DNA of 64,000 nt from Owenia fusiformis (taxonomy: Eukaryota): positions 48,360,001-48,424,000 of the forward strand of contig CAIIXF020000001.1 in the NCBI GenBank assembly GCA_903813345.2. Reading direction: 5' to 3'. A program made the translations under genes and the position numbers. Below the pieces are notes generated by a model. The model saw only the letters and a program-made list of their open reading frames with translations. It had not been told where the DNA came from and searched no databases. Every line of letters starts with the position of its first letter. Position 1 is the stretch's first letter. Of this stretch, positions 24,401-36,131 are shown one piece after another.

Positions 24401-24479
24401 GAATCAACACTGTAGCCTGGAATAGAATGTGTAATGTTAGTTTGAAATGATAGTTGCGCAAACATCTTTGGCAAACATA

Positions 24480-24610
24480 ATGGGACATCCCAATCCAACT
24501 TAGTTTCTGAAACCCGTCCGACAAAATGACTGGTCCCGAGATAAATTTCCCATATAAATCTGACGTCAATACTCAAATCGAGGTTACTTTACTTTCCAAA
24601 ATGGCGTCCA
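24480..24610 (+). promoter_or_regulatory. Putative COX5B proximal promoter
   Basis: CCAAT near 24491, perfect CRE palindrome TGACGTCA at 24561-24568, and a YY1-like AAAATGGCG overlapping the start codon. Confidence 0.5.
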
Positions 24611-27600
24611 TCATTTTTCGAAATGCTCGACTTGTTATCCAAAGAACCGCCCAAATAACATCAGTAAGATATTCAGGACATACTCCATCAGTCATTGACC
24701 CACAGGAGGGAAAAGTTGGTAAGTTGACAATAAATTCTGGATTAGATTAAAGGTCAAACTCGAATTGTTTTCACTTAGAAATTTTACTGGAAAAATCTCA
24801 AGGTCGTGCATTTTTGCACGCACACAAGAGAGCATAAGAACCGTACAGTTTGGAACAAAAATAATGACAGATGGATTTGCTGAAGTGAGGATTTCCGTTG
24901 TTAAAAATAAGCGAATTTTCAAGAGGTCATACATTAGTGGATGACAGTATAAAAATGTTTGTTTGTAGGCTAGAGCCCATTTCACTGTTTAACTGCGTCA
25001 GTAAAAGCTAAAATGAAGAAAGATCATATTCATAATTGATTTAAACGCAATTCTGCGCGTTTCCTGTCCTGTTGACTGTTGTGTCAGTCTGGGTCAAAAT
25101 GTTACTACTCCTTGTTAACTGTTAAAAATAATAAGAACATAACTTCGACATATGAGTGTTACCTGATGAATGGGACCCTCACGTGCCTTCTAAATGGTAG
25201 TAAACGAACGCTAGTGTAACTACATCAGCTTATCTTTCCGTCCGATCAAGAATAAGTACAGTTATACAAGAAATGTAAACGAAGTGAAAATATTTCCAAA
25301 ACTTTTCCGAAAGGCATGTCATTCCGGAAGTTATGATACGTTATGGTGTCACTACGGTAAATCATTGAAAAATATTGAAAAAATCACAAAATTCAAGTTC
25401 TGGTGTGAGGTTCCATATCCATCCGCCAAAAGGTATGACCCGATACAGTGCGCGAAATAGACGTCCGACATCGGCCATTGGCCTGACAAAATTATAGATG
25501 GCTTGTTTTGATAAAAACACCCAGACATTTTGGCCTGCTGAACATTTGTGGCATTCGTTAGATTGCCCATGAATAGAACTTACATATCAGTCCGGAAATC
25601 CTCCGAATTCCCTGCGTTTTCGGCTTATTTCATGACTTTTGTTGAAGATTGAAAAACATTTCAAAATATTTTTGTTTGGTACCGAAGCACAAGATATAAC
25701 GTGACTTTCGATTGGCTGTTGTTGTTTGTTGAAATTACGGTGATTTTGATTGGCTATGAATGACTCATTTCTTAATTGTCGTTCGTAAATCGAGTGCATT
25801 ATCAGTATGCCGGATGTAGGAAAGAAATTAAAAAATCTAGCCGGCATCTAAGTCGAAAAAGTCGGCAGTTTGGAAGTATTTTGGGACTTCGATATCACAA
25901 GGTAAACGAATTGGTGATAGTACACCATGCAGACTATGTGAAATGCCGATCACATTCGCGGCAGATGCTTTATATTTGATTTAATTGACGTATTTCTGAA
26001 TGTGATTTTGAAAAGTGAAACTGAAAGTGAAAGTGAAACTGTCATCATCAGACGATTGTATCATTTTTAGTGTTCTGTCTGTCCCGTCCCGTCCCGAAAG
26101 TACCGTATCCCGAGACCATTTGTACCGATCCAAACCGTACCGAATTTTTTTGACCGTGACACCAATAATATATACCTTGAATTTTAGTGGAGTCTGTGTA
26201 CATAATATGTGTTTTTGAATACCTTGAAGCTTCTGATTTCTGAGCAATTCTAAACCGACCAAAATCAGTACAATTTAGTTTGATCAATATGTACATGTTC
26301 CTCATGTTTTTGCAAGGTGAATCTAGGGGGGGGGGGATCAACACACTCAGGCTGTTGGTTAAGTCATCAAGTACAGTATAGTGAATGATACATGACATGC
26401 AATATGCAAATAGTTTTATCTTTGTTAATATTGTACTAAACTAAATCTCAATTTAGAGTGGTTGTGGAGAAATATGGTAAGTGAAATTTTTGGCCAGAGA
26501 AGGAAGAAACAGCCTGCCAAAAATTGGCCTGAGAAAAAATGATATGGCTTGTTAAAATCTGGCAGGCCTGCCAAAATGTCTAGGTTAAAAAAATCCTTAT
26601 TTCATGCACTGCGATATAGTCCATTTAAAAATTTGTGGTTTTGTTCTAAATAACGCCATAGGTGGCTTCTAGGGTACCTAGTATGCCTCTATTTGGTATC
26701 AAAATAAAGAGGAGGAGTTCAACTTTCATTTGAATTACGAAAATAGCGATGCAGGTCAAAATAGTTCCGGCGTGAGCATGTTTACTACGCGTTTGCCCAT
26801 CATCTCAGAATTGAGGAAATGGTAGCAAACGCGAGTTACAATAAATGGACGCTGATAATGATATCTCAAAAAGAATTAGCCCATACAATGACTATATTTT
26901 TGCAATCCCCTATACATAACCTTCATCTTGACACTATATTAACATAGGGTTTGTGTCTCGATTTTTAAATATCGCTACGCCAACATAGGGACTCATTTTT
27001 AGGTAAAAGCCCTGCTTCCCCGATGAAAATTAACGAATAAAGTAGTTCCTGTTTAGGGGACCATATTCTTGAGATTTTTTTGCTAAAAAGGGCACATTTA
27101 GAAAGTACTTGGCCTCAGCTTTACATACATACCTCAAATGGCCACAGTACATACACTTACACCTACTATACACACCACTGAAGTTGGCATTGCTTCGTTT
27201 TTAAAGTATTAATAAAAAACACTTCCTACCCGGAAGTGATATTTACCGTAATAACACCTTATATTACCGAACATGGGTTTAAATGGAATGTTTTTTTGAT
27301 GGCATTATTACACCAAAAGTAGTGCGAAAATGGCCTTTTCACGGGTTGGCATAAAGTTTTGATGAAATTTAAAGAAACAGTTCCTCCTTCACGTATATTA
27401 TCTCATGGAAATGGGCATACCAGCGCAAAGATCTTTGTTCCGTGGTGAAGAAAAGCTATCAAACATTGTCTGAAGAGCAGATTTATCTCCGTAATTCAAC
27501 TTTTAGCATGGCGACCTTGACTTGACCTTGAAAAAAATATAGCCATTTGGGCGATAATAGGTGATTCAAAAGTAAAAAATAGTGCTTTTTCGAAGTTTTA

Positions 27601-30600
27601 CTTTTACCATGTCAACTTGATTTTTCAAGGACATCCGATTGATAGTTGTTGGGCCAAGTTTGATGGAAAATGGGCCTTGTTTGATATGCTGGCAGTGAGG
27701 TTGATTGTGGCAAGTAGTAAAACGGCAAACAATGGTGGAGTCATACCCGATGCTTGGATGTTCGCATTTTATTTAGCTCTCGTAAAATGAACGAACAAAA
27801 GTTCCATTTTCACGCATGTTCGGTAATATAACGTATCATAACTTCCGGAATGACATGCCTTTCGGAAAAGTTTTGGAAATATTTTTACTTCGTTTACATT
27901 TCTTGTATAACTGTATTTATTGTTGATCGGACGGAAAGATAAGCTGATGTAGTTACACTAGCGTTCGTTTACTACCATTTAGAAGGCACGTGAGGGTCCC
28001 ATTCATCAGGTAACACTCATATTCCGAAGTTATGTTCTTATTATTTTTAACAGTTAACAAGGAGTATAGTATTAATAACGAGTAACCCTTCTAATAAAGG
28101 CAATTAAATCAAGATTCGAAAACTCCCGAAAGTAACACTATCAGAGCTGTCAAGTGTCCCGCGAATGGCGGGATTATCCCGCGAATTTGATCAAAATTAG
28201 GCTAATTCGCGTGTCCCGCAATGTCCCGCGAAGTCCCGCAAATGTGGTTTTGACCTCCGCGAATTTCTCCGAAATTGTTGCAATCCCCTATATTGTGATT
28301 ATCTTATCTTATATAAGAAGCCAAGTTTTTGCACTTTTGAGGAGTAAAGTTTACCTAATTTTAAGTACCTAGCATGCTGTTGTTTGGTATCAAAATAAAG
28401 AGGAAGGGTTCAACTTTCATTTTAATTACGAAAATAGGAATGTAGGTCAAAAATAGTTCTAACGTTGGCCTTTTTACTATCCGTGTGGCCTTCATCTCAG
28501 AACTGAGCAAATGTTAGCAAACGCGAGTTACAATAAATGGACGCTGATATCTAGAAAGGGTTTGTAGAAAAACCGGGTACCGGGTAGTAAATCCTCCATG
28601 CTGGGTTCAAACTTGGTACCCGGTACCCGGTCAAAAAACGGGTACCCAAAAAACGAAAAATACGAATATATAACATAATTACATGTAGATTATGAGAAAA
28701 CGTGTAAGATTTGTTTTGAATTCACAAAAATGTATGTATCCTTCAAAATTGAGCTAGAAGCTTCAAATAAAAAGCATATTTCAGGCTCTTTTCTTCCTCT
28801 ATCGTCATGGCCATATTTTCATTGGTTATGGGGGGGGGTGTGCTATCTCACCATCGCACCATCTCCTGGCTACGCCTATGACATTGTAAGGCATAACAAT
28901 TTACAATTCAGTGGACATTTTGTCGAAAATTGGGATAACTTAAATTATGATTAATAATCAAAATCATGTAAATTTACACACGTCACCTCCCTGCTAAAGC
29001 AACGATAGCTATTTACAGATTTAAATCATAATCAAAACAATTCACGTACCAACAAACGAACTATTGAAAATAGAGTAAGATTGATTTGTCTTGTTTTTCA
29101 AATTGTCTTACAATGTCATTGGCGTAGCCAGGAGGGGGTGCGATCGCATCCCCCCCCCTTCATTACCAATGGAAACTGAGGCTCAGGTATACAATCATTA
29201 ATAAAAAATCAGTAGTATTCTTATTCAATGTAAGTAATATAGTCTATTTATATACATGTATACACCACGCATTACCAACTCAGTACACTAGGGGACTTTT
29301 TAAACATTTTTAACGTATTCCTGGGCCTCAGAATGGAAATATGACCATGATGATAGAGGACGAAAAGAACCTTAAAATGCTTTTTATTTGAAGCTTCTAG
29401 CTCAATTTTGAAGGAAGTTACATACATTTTTGTAAATTCAAAACAAATCTTACACGTTTTCTAATGATCTAATTATGTTGTATATTCGTATATTTCGTTT
29501 TTTGGGTACCCGGTTTTTTCGACCGGGTACCAAGTTTGAACCCAGCATGGAGGATTTACTACCCGGTACCCGTTTTTTTCTACAAACCCTATCTAGAAAA
29601 GTAAACCCATTCCCTATAATTTGATGTAGATTAATCGAACCCCTATATCATTGGCTTTCAATTACCCAAATGCGAGTAAGTAGTTACCAGTTTCACCACC
29701 AGGTGGCTGATTCGGGTCAATTAACATGGCAGGTATATAAGAAAGTTCCCTTGAACTTGAATATTATCAATTTAAGTGGCTCATTTGTCATATAACCCTT
29801 ATGTGTCTGATACTTATACTAATGAAAATATGTCCAGTAAAGCAAAATATTATCCGTCCCCTAAAAGAAAAGATATTTCATTTTTTGTGATTTTATAGCA
29901 TGGGGTCTATGGGGAATCTCCCCGAGCTAGAAGTCACATTTTCAAAGAAAATTAATTTTTCAAAGTTGATAAACACTTTTTAAAACCACATTTCTAGATG
30001 TAGTTTTACATGTAGATTTAAAATATGATATTACTTTGACTGAATTTTGAATTTTTAATGACGTAAATCAAGATTATTTCTACTCGCATCTGGGTTATTG
30101 AAAGAAAATGCCTACAGTATATGAATAGGTACATTTTAATATATAACATTATGGGGGTAAGCGTTTCATAGTTGTTCACGACGCCAGAAATGCAAAGTAT
30201 TGTTCCGAATTTTTGAATTTCGTGTTAGATTTCGGTACTCACACCTGAAGCATGGTTTTTGCTTTTGAAAAATTACAATAAAGTTTAATAATATTCCTAT
30301 ACGTATTTTGTGAAATTGTGTTGACGTTTATTTAAGTTACAATACAACGGCGCATTGTATTTGATTAATCAGTATTTGGAAGTTTGATTTAAGTACTTTT
30401 ACACGCTTTTACATTAGTCCCAATCACGCAAATCCTTGAATGTCCCGGGACATCCTGCAAATTTAGGTGAATGTCCCGCGAAATCCCGCAAATTTAGGGC
30501 ACTTTGTCTAAAAAATCTGTCCCTCTATCAAGTTTTTGGCGTTAAACCTGTTAACTATCCCGCAATTAGGGTGTTTGTCCCTCGAATGGTCCCGCGAAAT

Positions 30601-33600
30601 CCCGCGAATTTGAGAAAAAAAGTTGGCCTATTAGCGCAATCACGCAAATCCCTTAAATGTCCCGCGAAATCCCGCGAATTTAGTAGATGTCCCGCAAAAT
30701 CCCGCGAATTTTGGGCACTGGGTCTAAAAAATCTGTCCCGCGAGAAAATCTTTAGGGGTTGACAGTACTGCACTATGTCCGATAACATCGGATCTTTTAG
30801 GACAAAGTTTATGTGAAGATTTTGCTGTTCAAAAGTTCTATATTTTGACACTTAATATATTATACATATGACATACATTTACCGGCCCAAGTATGTCTTA
30901 TGTATGGCTCATTATCAATTAAAGCGAGTATGAATGAGAAAAACAAATCGAAAACCATTATACATTTAACTTATTTCTTAATTTGGCCATAACAAATATA
31001 TTTCAGCTATAATTCTAGGCCAATTCCGCCTGCTAGAACATCTTAGTAACGATTCCAACCATCCAAGGGAATTGATAGAGGTCCAATATTACCTTTATTG
31101 TCCATTTTCCTATGAGATGTAGTTAACCAAAGATTCGATAGTCGGTATATGCGTGTCTTGCTCGGCCGTAGGTTGTATATACACGGGTACACTTTCTCCT
31201 CGTGAAAAATGTTCCCAACACACAAATCCATTTTCACTGGTACTCACCTGGTACTCACCTAGTCTTCTGAATGTAAGAATTTGGGAACGTGAACCAAAAA
31301 GTCACGATATACGGTAAGGTATTGATCTGTGGTAATACCATTACCAGATTTCACTACCGTTTGGAACACTACTTGGTTGGCCATCAGAGAAATCGTAATT
31401 TTACTGAGTGGCTTCACAAAATAATAAAAATGCTGTACGCCTCTTTAAGGGATATGTATCTACAGTCGGAGACATTAATAAACCTCAACCATCATCACTA
31501 TTTATAGTGAAATAAGATTTCTCCGATTTCCACCATTTTCCTGTAGACTAGGCTGCCATCTATATGTAAGCTTATTGAGACCACATAAAAACGGGACAAC
31601 TTCTATTTTAAATGAAACCTTCAATATCTCAAGAAGACAATCCCTTACCATTTCAATTCATGAAATATTAACATGACAGTTTTTAGAATATTACTTAAAT
31701 TTATTGAACCCCAGTTAGAAATTTTACAATACTTTGTGGTGACTCCAAAATCAAGGAAAAATAAATTTTCTGAAGATTTTATGTCTTGTCCTTGAGTATA
31801 TTTAGACACCAAGAAGAGGTAATCTGGCAGAGGTCCGTGAGCTGAATCTAAAAAAAGGTTGACAAGCCCGATGAAGTTTTTTCAAAAACTCATTGCCGTC
31901 TTGGTACAGCGATATATTATATATTATATTATACCACTCTAAGTCCAATTACAGTTGTATAACATGGGTCTATAACAATGATATACAGTGGAGAGTGGTA
32001 TATCGCCATCGTATACAACTCCTCCGTATACACTCCAGCGTATACCACTGTAGAAGTGCATTCTGGGAACTAATGAATAAAAAAATTTTGAAAATTTTCA
32101 TGATTTCCTAGAATCAAGTGACGTCATAAATGGTTCCAGCATGATTTGCTAGAATCAAGCCACGTCATAAATGGTTCGAGATCAACATCAGTATTATTGA
32201 GTTGGCTATGGTATATTTTTATGGTTTTTATTATTAATTGTTATTATGATTGTGTTCGAATCAACTGTAATTGAACTTAGAGTGGCATAATAAGATTATA
32301 TAATGGTTCATTCTGTATATCGTGCATTTTATACTCTCGTGAGAATATAATATATTCACTCGTTCGCTACGCTCACTTGTGAATATATCATATACTCACT
32401 CGAGTATAAACACGATGTGAGAAAGAACCATTATATAACCTCATATTATATGTCTCTGCTTGGTACCACCACGGGGGTTTGTATGGAAGATTGATTCGGG
32501 CAGAGCCCTCGTATGTCTTCAAATTGTTATCTTGTACATCTGCCTATTATAAGTTGCTGAGCCAGTCAAGCTTGTCCTCATCAAGGATGATGTTCTATTT
32601 TTGGTTTTATCAGAGACATGGGCTTTCAAGAGTTGAAAGGCCATGCCAGAAAGGATGATGTTCTATATTTCAACATTTCCCCTGACATCGTTGTTGATTC
32701 GTATTGACCAACATTAAAACATACTTGAACCATAATTCTTTCTACTCACTGTTTGATTGAGAACATGTCAGGTTATGAGTTGATTTATGTTGTCCCATGC
32801 TGAGAACTTGAAATAGCTTGAACCGTTTTTTGCAAAGGCTTTATCTGATTATGCTATAGACAATTATTTAAGAAATAACTCACACTATAAATATGCCTGT
32901 TTACTTCCAGCCACTGACAAGGTATCAATGGCTGACACTTTAGGGCAGTCTGTTGGGGCTGAACGTTATGAGCAGCTTATGAGACTAGCAGGAAATGAGG
33001 TAATTAATATAAAATTGATATCTTCATTGGAAAAATGCATGTTGATCAACTTCCTCAGAAGCAACCCTCTTTGGTTGCTTGACATTTCACAAATTCAAAA
33101 ATGATCCGAATCTAAGTCTATTCAAAATGTTATTAATACTCATTAAAAATAGTCATAATAGATAACATAGAACTTTTTTTTTTATCAGACAACTGTCCAA
33201 TAACGTGGTATGGAAGAGATTGGAATGATATATTTTTGGTTGAATTTGATATGCATTGTGTTACATAGGTCAGCAATAGTTTGAGAAGTTAACAATCATG
33301 AAAATTGAAGTCTCTATACAACTTTGATCACCCTGTGAGGGTGAGGTCTGTATTGAACTGAAGCCATATTTTTTTGTTTGGGTTCTTTGCCATTTACAGT
33401 GAGCAGTAGTGTGAAGCAGTAGTGTGACTTCATGAACCTACTCTTTTCAGTTTATCAATGAAATTTAAATTGTGCTATTTCTTGATACAATGCTGTAATG
33501 AATGCCTAGTATAGATCCACATGTGTACATGTAATGATAACACTAATCTTGTGGTTTCTGTTTGCTTTCCAGGATCCATTTGAGATGAATGTGATGCAGA

Positions 33601-33812
33601 TGGGAAAGGGAACAAAATCAGAACCTACAGCAATTCCATCTTTGTACGAGAAAAGGCTCGTAGGATGTATATGTGAAGAAGATGCTGTTAGCATTAACTG
33701 GATGCATCTACACAAAGGGGAACCTAAACGCTGTGAATGTGGATACTGGTTCAAACTAGAGGCCAAGAAACCTGAAAAATTAGCTGTTGAACTGAAACAA
33801 GCACATCATTAA
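24601..33812 (+). CDS. COX5B: Cytochrome c oxidase subunit 5B, mitochondrial (148 aa, 3 exons)
   Basis: Exons 24601-24718 (MASIIFRNARLVIQRTAQITSVRY, transit-peptide-like), 32911-32999 (MADTLGQSVGAERYEQL) and 33573-33812 (DPF...KRLVGCICEED...KRCECGYWFKL, zinc-binding Cys motif). Phases 1 and 0 are consistent. AATAAA at 34315-34320. Confidence 0.93.
25108..28064. mobile_element. 3-kb non-autonomous DNA transposon with ~235-bp TIRs and TA TSD (Tc1/mariner-type ends) in COX5B intron 1
   Basis: 25108-25344 is a near-perfect reverse complement of 27828-28064; TA|CTCC...GGAG|TA; no recognisable transposase ORF inside. Confidence 0.85.
28558..29589. mobile_element. Mutator-like MITE, copy 2 (same family as 23595-24400), nested
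   Basis: Long TIRs starting GGGTTTGTAGAAAAA; perfect 10-bp TSD TATCTAGAAA at 28548-28557 and 29590-29599. Confidence 0.88.
29675..30091. mobile_element. Dispersed ~415-bp repeat, copy 2 (inverted relative to 6606-7025)
   Basis: Collinear reverse-complement match to 6606-7025. Confidence 0.75.
32296..32438. mobile_element. Short hairpin MITE
   Basis: TTATATAATGGTTC / GAACCATTATATAA ends; inner GTGAGAATATAATATATTCAC / GTGAATATATCATATACTCAC. Confidence 0.65.
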
Positions 33813-33899
33813 AAATATAGGACTTAGCCAATTGATAGACTATTTAATTTGATCGGGTTGATTTAAAAATGTGAATCTAAACAGTTTGAAGATGTATAC

Positions 33900-33942
33900 G
33901 TAACCAGTGGTAACCAGTGGTAACCAGTGGTAACCAATGGTA
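33900..33942. repeat. (TAACCAGTGG)x4 tandem repeat in the COX5B 3'UTR
   Basis: Read directly from the sequence. Confidence 0.85.
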
Positions 33943-34518
33943 CTTGTTACTTCAAGTAGATAAATGTTGGATGATTGATAGAATCCTTTTTGTATCAATT
34001 CTGTGTATACATAATACAAAGCTTTTTTTCACCATTGTCTAAAACTGCCAAATATGTCAAATTGTGATTCCAAGCCATTACCTGAAATTGATTGAAAGTG
34101 ACTTGAATTTGTGTACATTTGATATGTAATTTATGAAATCTATTTTGTGCCTACTCACTTTGAACCACTGCTTTCATGTAAACTAACCTGCATTTCAGTC
34201 ATGGTTGAGGGTTCAACTGCAGTCATGTTAAAAATGGTTTACTGTTTGAAAGTACCATGTGTGCACCTTATATGTATTATTGACAGCATCACATGTTGAG
34301 AACTTGAACATTGAAATAAATGTATATCCAGGATATCTCTGTTACACAACTTGAAATAGAGTTTTTGTTTTATGATTAGAAAGTTCACTTCAATTAGAAA
34401 GGTTGTAACTTCTATAAATATATCCCATTGATGACAAACGAATATTGATTCAAAAAGAGAACAAATGCAGTTTTGAGGACTTCACCAGATTAATAGTTTC
34501 AGAATCCAGGGTAATCCA

Positions 34519-35038
34519 GTTGAGGTAGCTTGTGAATTCAATTCTTGTGTGTGATGGGGGATTTATGTCTGTGGATACTTAGTACATAGCTGTACACACA
34601 CCATATCATATACCTACCAAGTTTACATCAGATAAAAGAGGGGTGGAGTAGACTGTTTGTTTTACAATATTTCCTAAAAAATCTAACAGTTCTGGATAAT
34701 CATTTGATTTTAAACCTACAGATATTTATATTTTTCATTGTGGAATCTCTAAATGTGTATTGTGTTACACTTAAAGTGTCTGTTACTCTGGAAAATACAC
34801 AAAAATGAGCTTTTTTTACGATTCAAACTATAAAACAGTAGAAACACTAATAAATGAGAAATTAATGCGCAGCGCAATATGCCTGTCCCAGCACAACCAT
34901 TTAGACATAGTTTTATGTCACCACCACAAGTGGTACTGTATGTTTTGTATGTTAATGCCTTGTCCAGCTATGTACTAAGTATCCACAGATATAAATCCCC
35001 CATCACACACAAGAATTGAATTCACAAGCTACCTCAAC
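34519..35038. repeat. 74-bp near-perfect inverted repeat pair (probable MITE ends)
   Basis: 34519-34592 versus 34965-35038, one mismatch seen. Confidence 0.85.
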
Positions 35039-35216
35039 AGGACCACACATAAACAGTGGTATCAAAATCTATCAAGTGCAGCTATGCTTCCGCCAGTGCA
35101 ACCTCCACCAGTGCCCAACAGAGAACATTATTTAAAAGCCAAGGCACACAAAAGTCACTAGTAATGGTAATGGCCAAATCTAGAATATGCCAGTGCAGCA
35201 AGGGTCCCTTACGGCC

Positions 35217-35740
35217 AGAAGGTACAAAAGAGAGCAGCCAGATTTGTTACTAAAGCTAGCCGTACACCAATGGGACAATGTCCGTTTTGTCCCAACTTGT
35301 CCGCTCTTGTCCCCTGGACCTCATGGGACAATGTCCCATTTTGTCCGATGATGTCTGGAATATAGGGCCATTTTGTCTGAAAATGGTCATATGATCATCA
35401 CGTGATGAAATGCCCTTCATTTGTCCAGTAATGTCCCAAGAAAAGAATCAACATGTTCATTCTTTTCTTGGGACATATATGGACAACTTTGGACAACTTG
35501 GGACAATGTTTCGGGGACAACAAGGGACAACGTGGGAGAATGTCTCCTGATGTCCCAACTAAGAATGTCCCATGGGAATGAACTTGTCCGAACTTGTCCC
35601 TTTATGTCCCATGAAAATAGTTAACTCAATAACTCCCTTGAATGCTTGATGTTCTATCATGTCCCACTGGTGTATGGCTAGCTTAAATGTCATTCTAGGG
35701 AGCCTACAATTGTGAGCGACATTTTGGAGAACTGAAAAAG
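35217..35740 (+). pseudogene. Short LINE (CR1/L2-like) ORF2 C-terminal remnant split by a MITE
   Basis: After removing 35254-35686 the frame reads QKVQKRAARFVTKCHSREPTIVSDILEN, resembling the LEKVQRRAARFV motif of CR1/L2 ORF2 C-termini. Confidence 0.5.
35254..35683. mobile_element. PIF/Harbinger-like MITE (TAA TSD) rich in GGGACA/TGTCCC motifs
   Basis: TIR AGCTAGCCGTACACCAATGGGACA / TGTCCCACTGGTGTATGGCTAGCT; TAA at 35251-35253 and 35684-35686. Confidence 0.82.
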
Positions 35741-36004
35741 TAGAAAGAATCTTGTAAAAATGGCAGCCATGGCTATTTGATGGGATTTGCTACACTTTGG
35801 CGTTGCTATTTAATTATCTAGTATTCTCTATATTAGAGGGGCTGACTTACTCCCGTGAATTTATACTGCCAGACTCATTCAAAGTGTGGACACAAGATCA
35901 ACATTGTTTAAATTTATCTACTGGAAAAGGGGAATGAAAAAATGTCAAATTGCCAGGTAATTAGCCACCAGCTGTTCAGTTATTGAAAATCCTGCAACAG
36001 TGTC

Positions 36005-36131
36005 TTCCTATCGATCACGTGACTACACAAGGAGGCCATTTTTGTTTAGAAAAGTTGATTTAAATTTCAGTCTTATTTTATCTCAATATATCAAACTGGA
36101 GGACGCAAGTAGCCCACAACCCACAAATAAC
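36005..36131 (+). promoter_or_regulatory. Putative TARDBP proximal promoter and 5'UTR
   Basis: E-box TCACGTGAC at 36015-36023, YY1-like GGCCATTTT at 36034, and Inr-like TCAGTC near 36068, all directly upstream of the ATG at 36132. Confidence 0.45.

Larger units (their letters stand above)
28142..30770. mobile_element. hAT-like host element (CAG termini, 6-bp TSD) with TCCCGCGAA subterminal repeats, carrying nested insertions
   Basis: TIR CAGAGCTGTCAA / TTGACAGTACTG; CACTAT at 28136-28141 and 30771-30776; clusters of TCCCGCGAA at 28157-28265 and 30440-30745. Confidence 0.7.

Noticed and set aside
30436..30851. Overlapping 108-aa and 98-aa ORFs with CPAKSR repeats
   Set aside because: Translation of the TCCCGCGAA subterminal repeats of a MITE.
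32580..32700. Twice-repeated AAGGATGATGTTCTAT resembling a C/D snoRNA C box
   Set aside because: No convincing terminal stem, D-box arrangement or recognisable rRNA guide; more likely a short local duplication.
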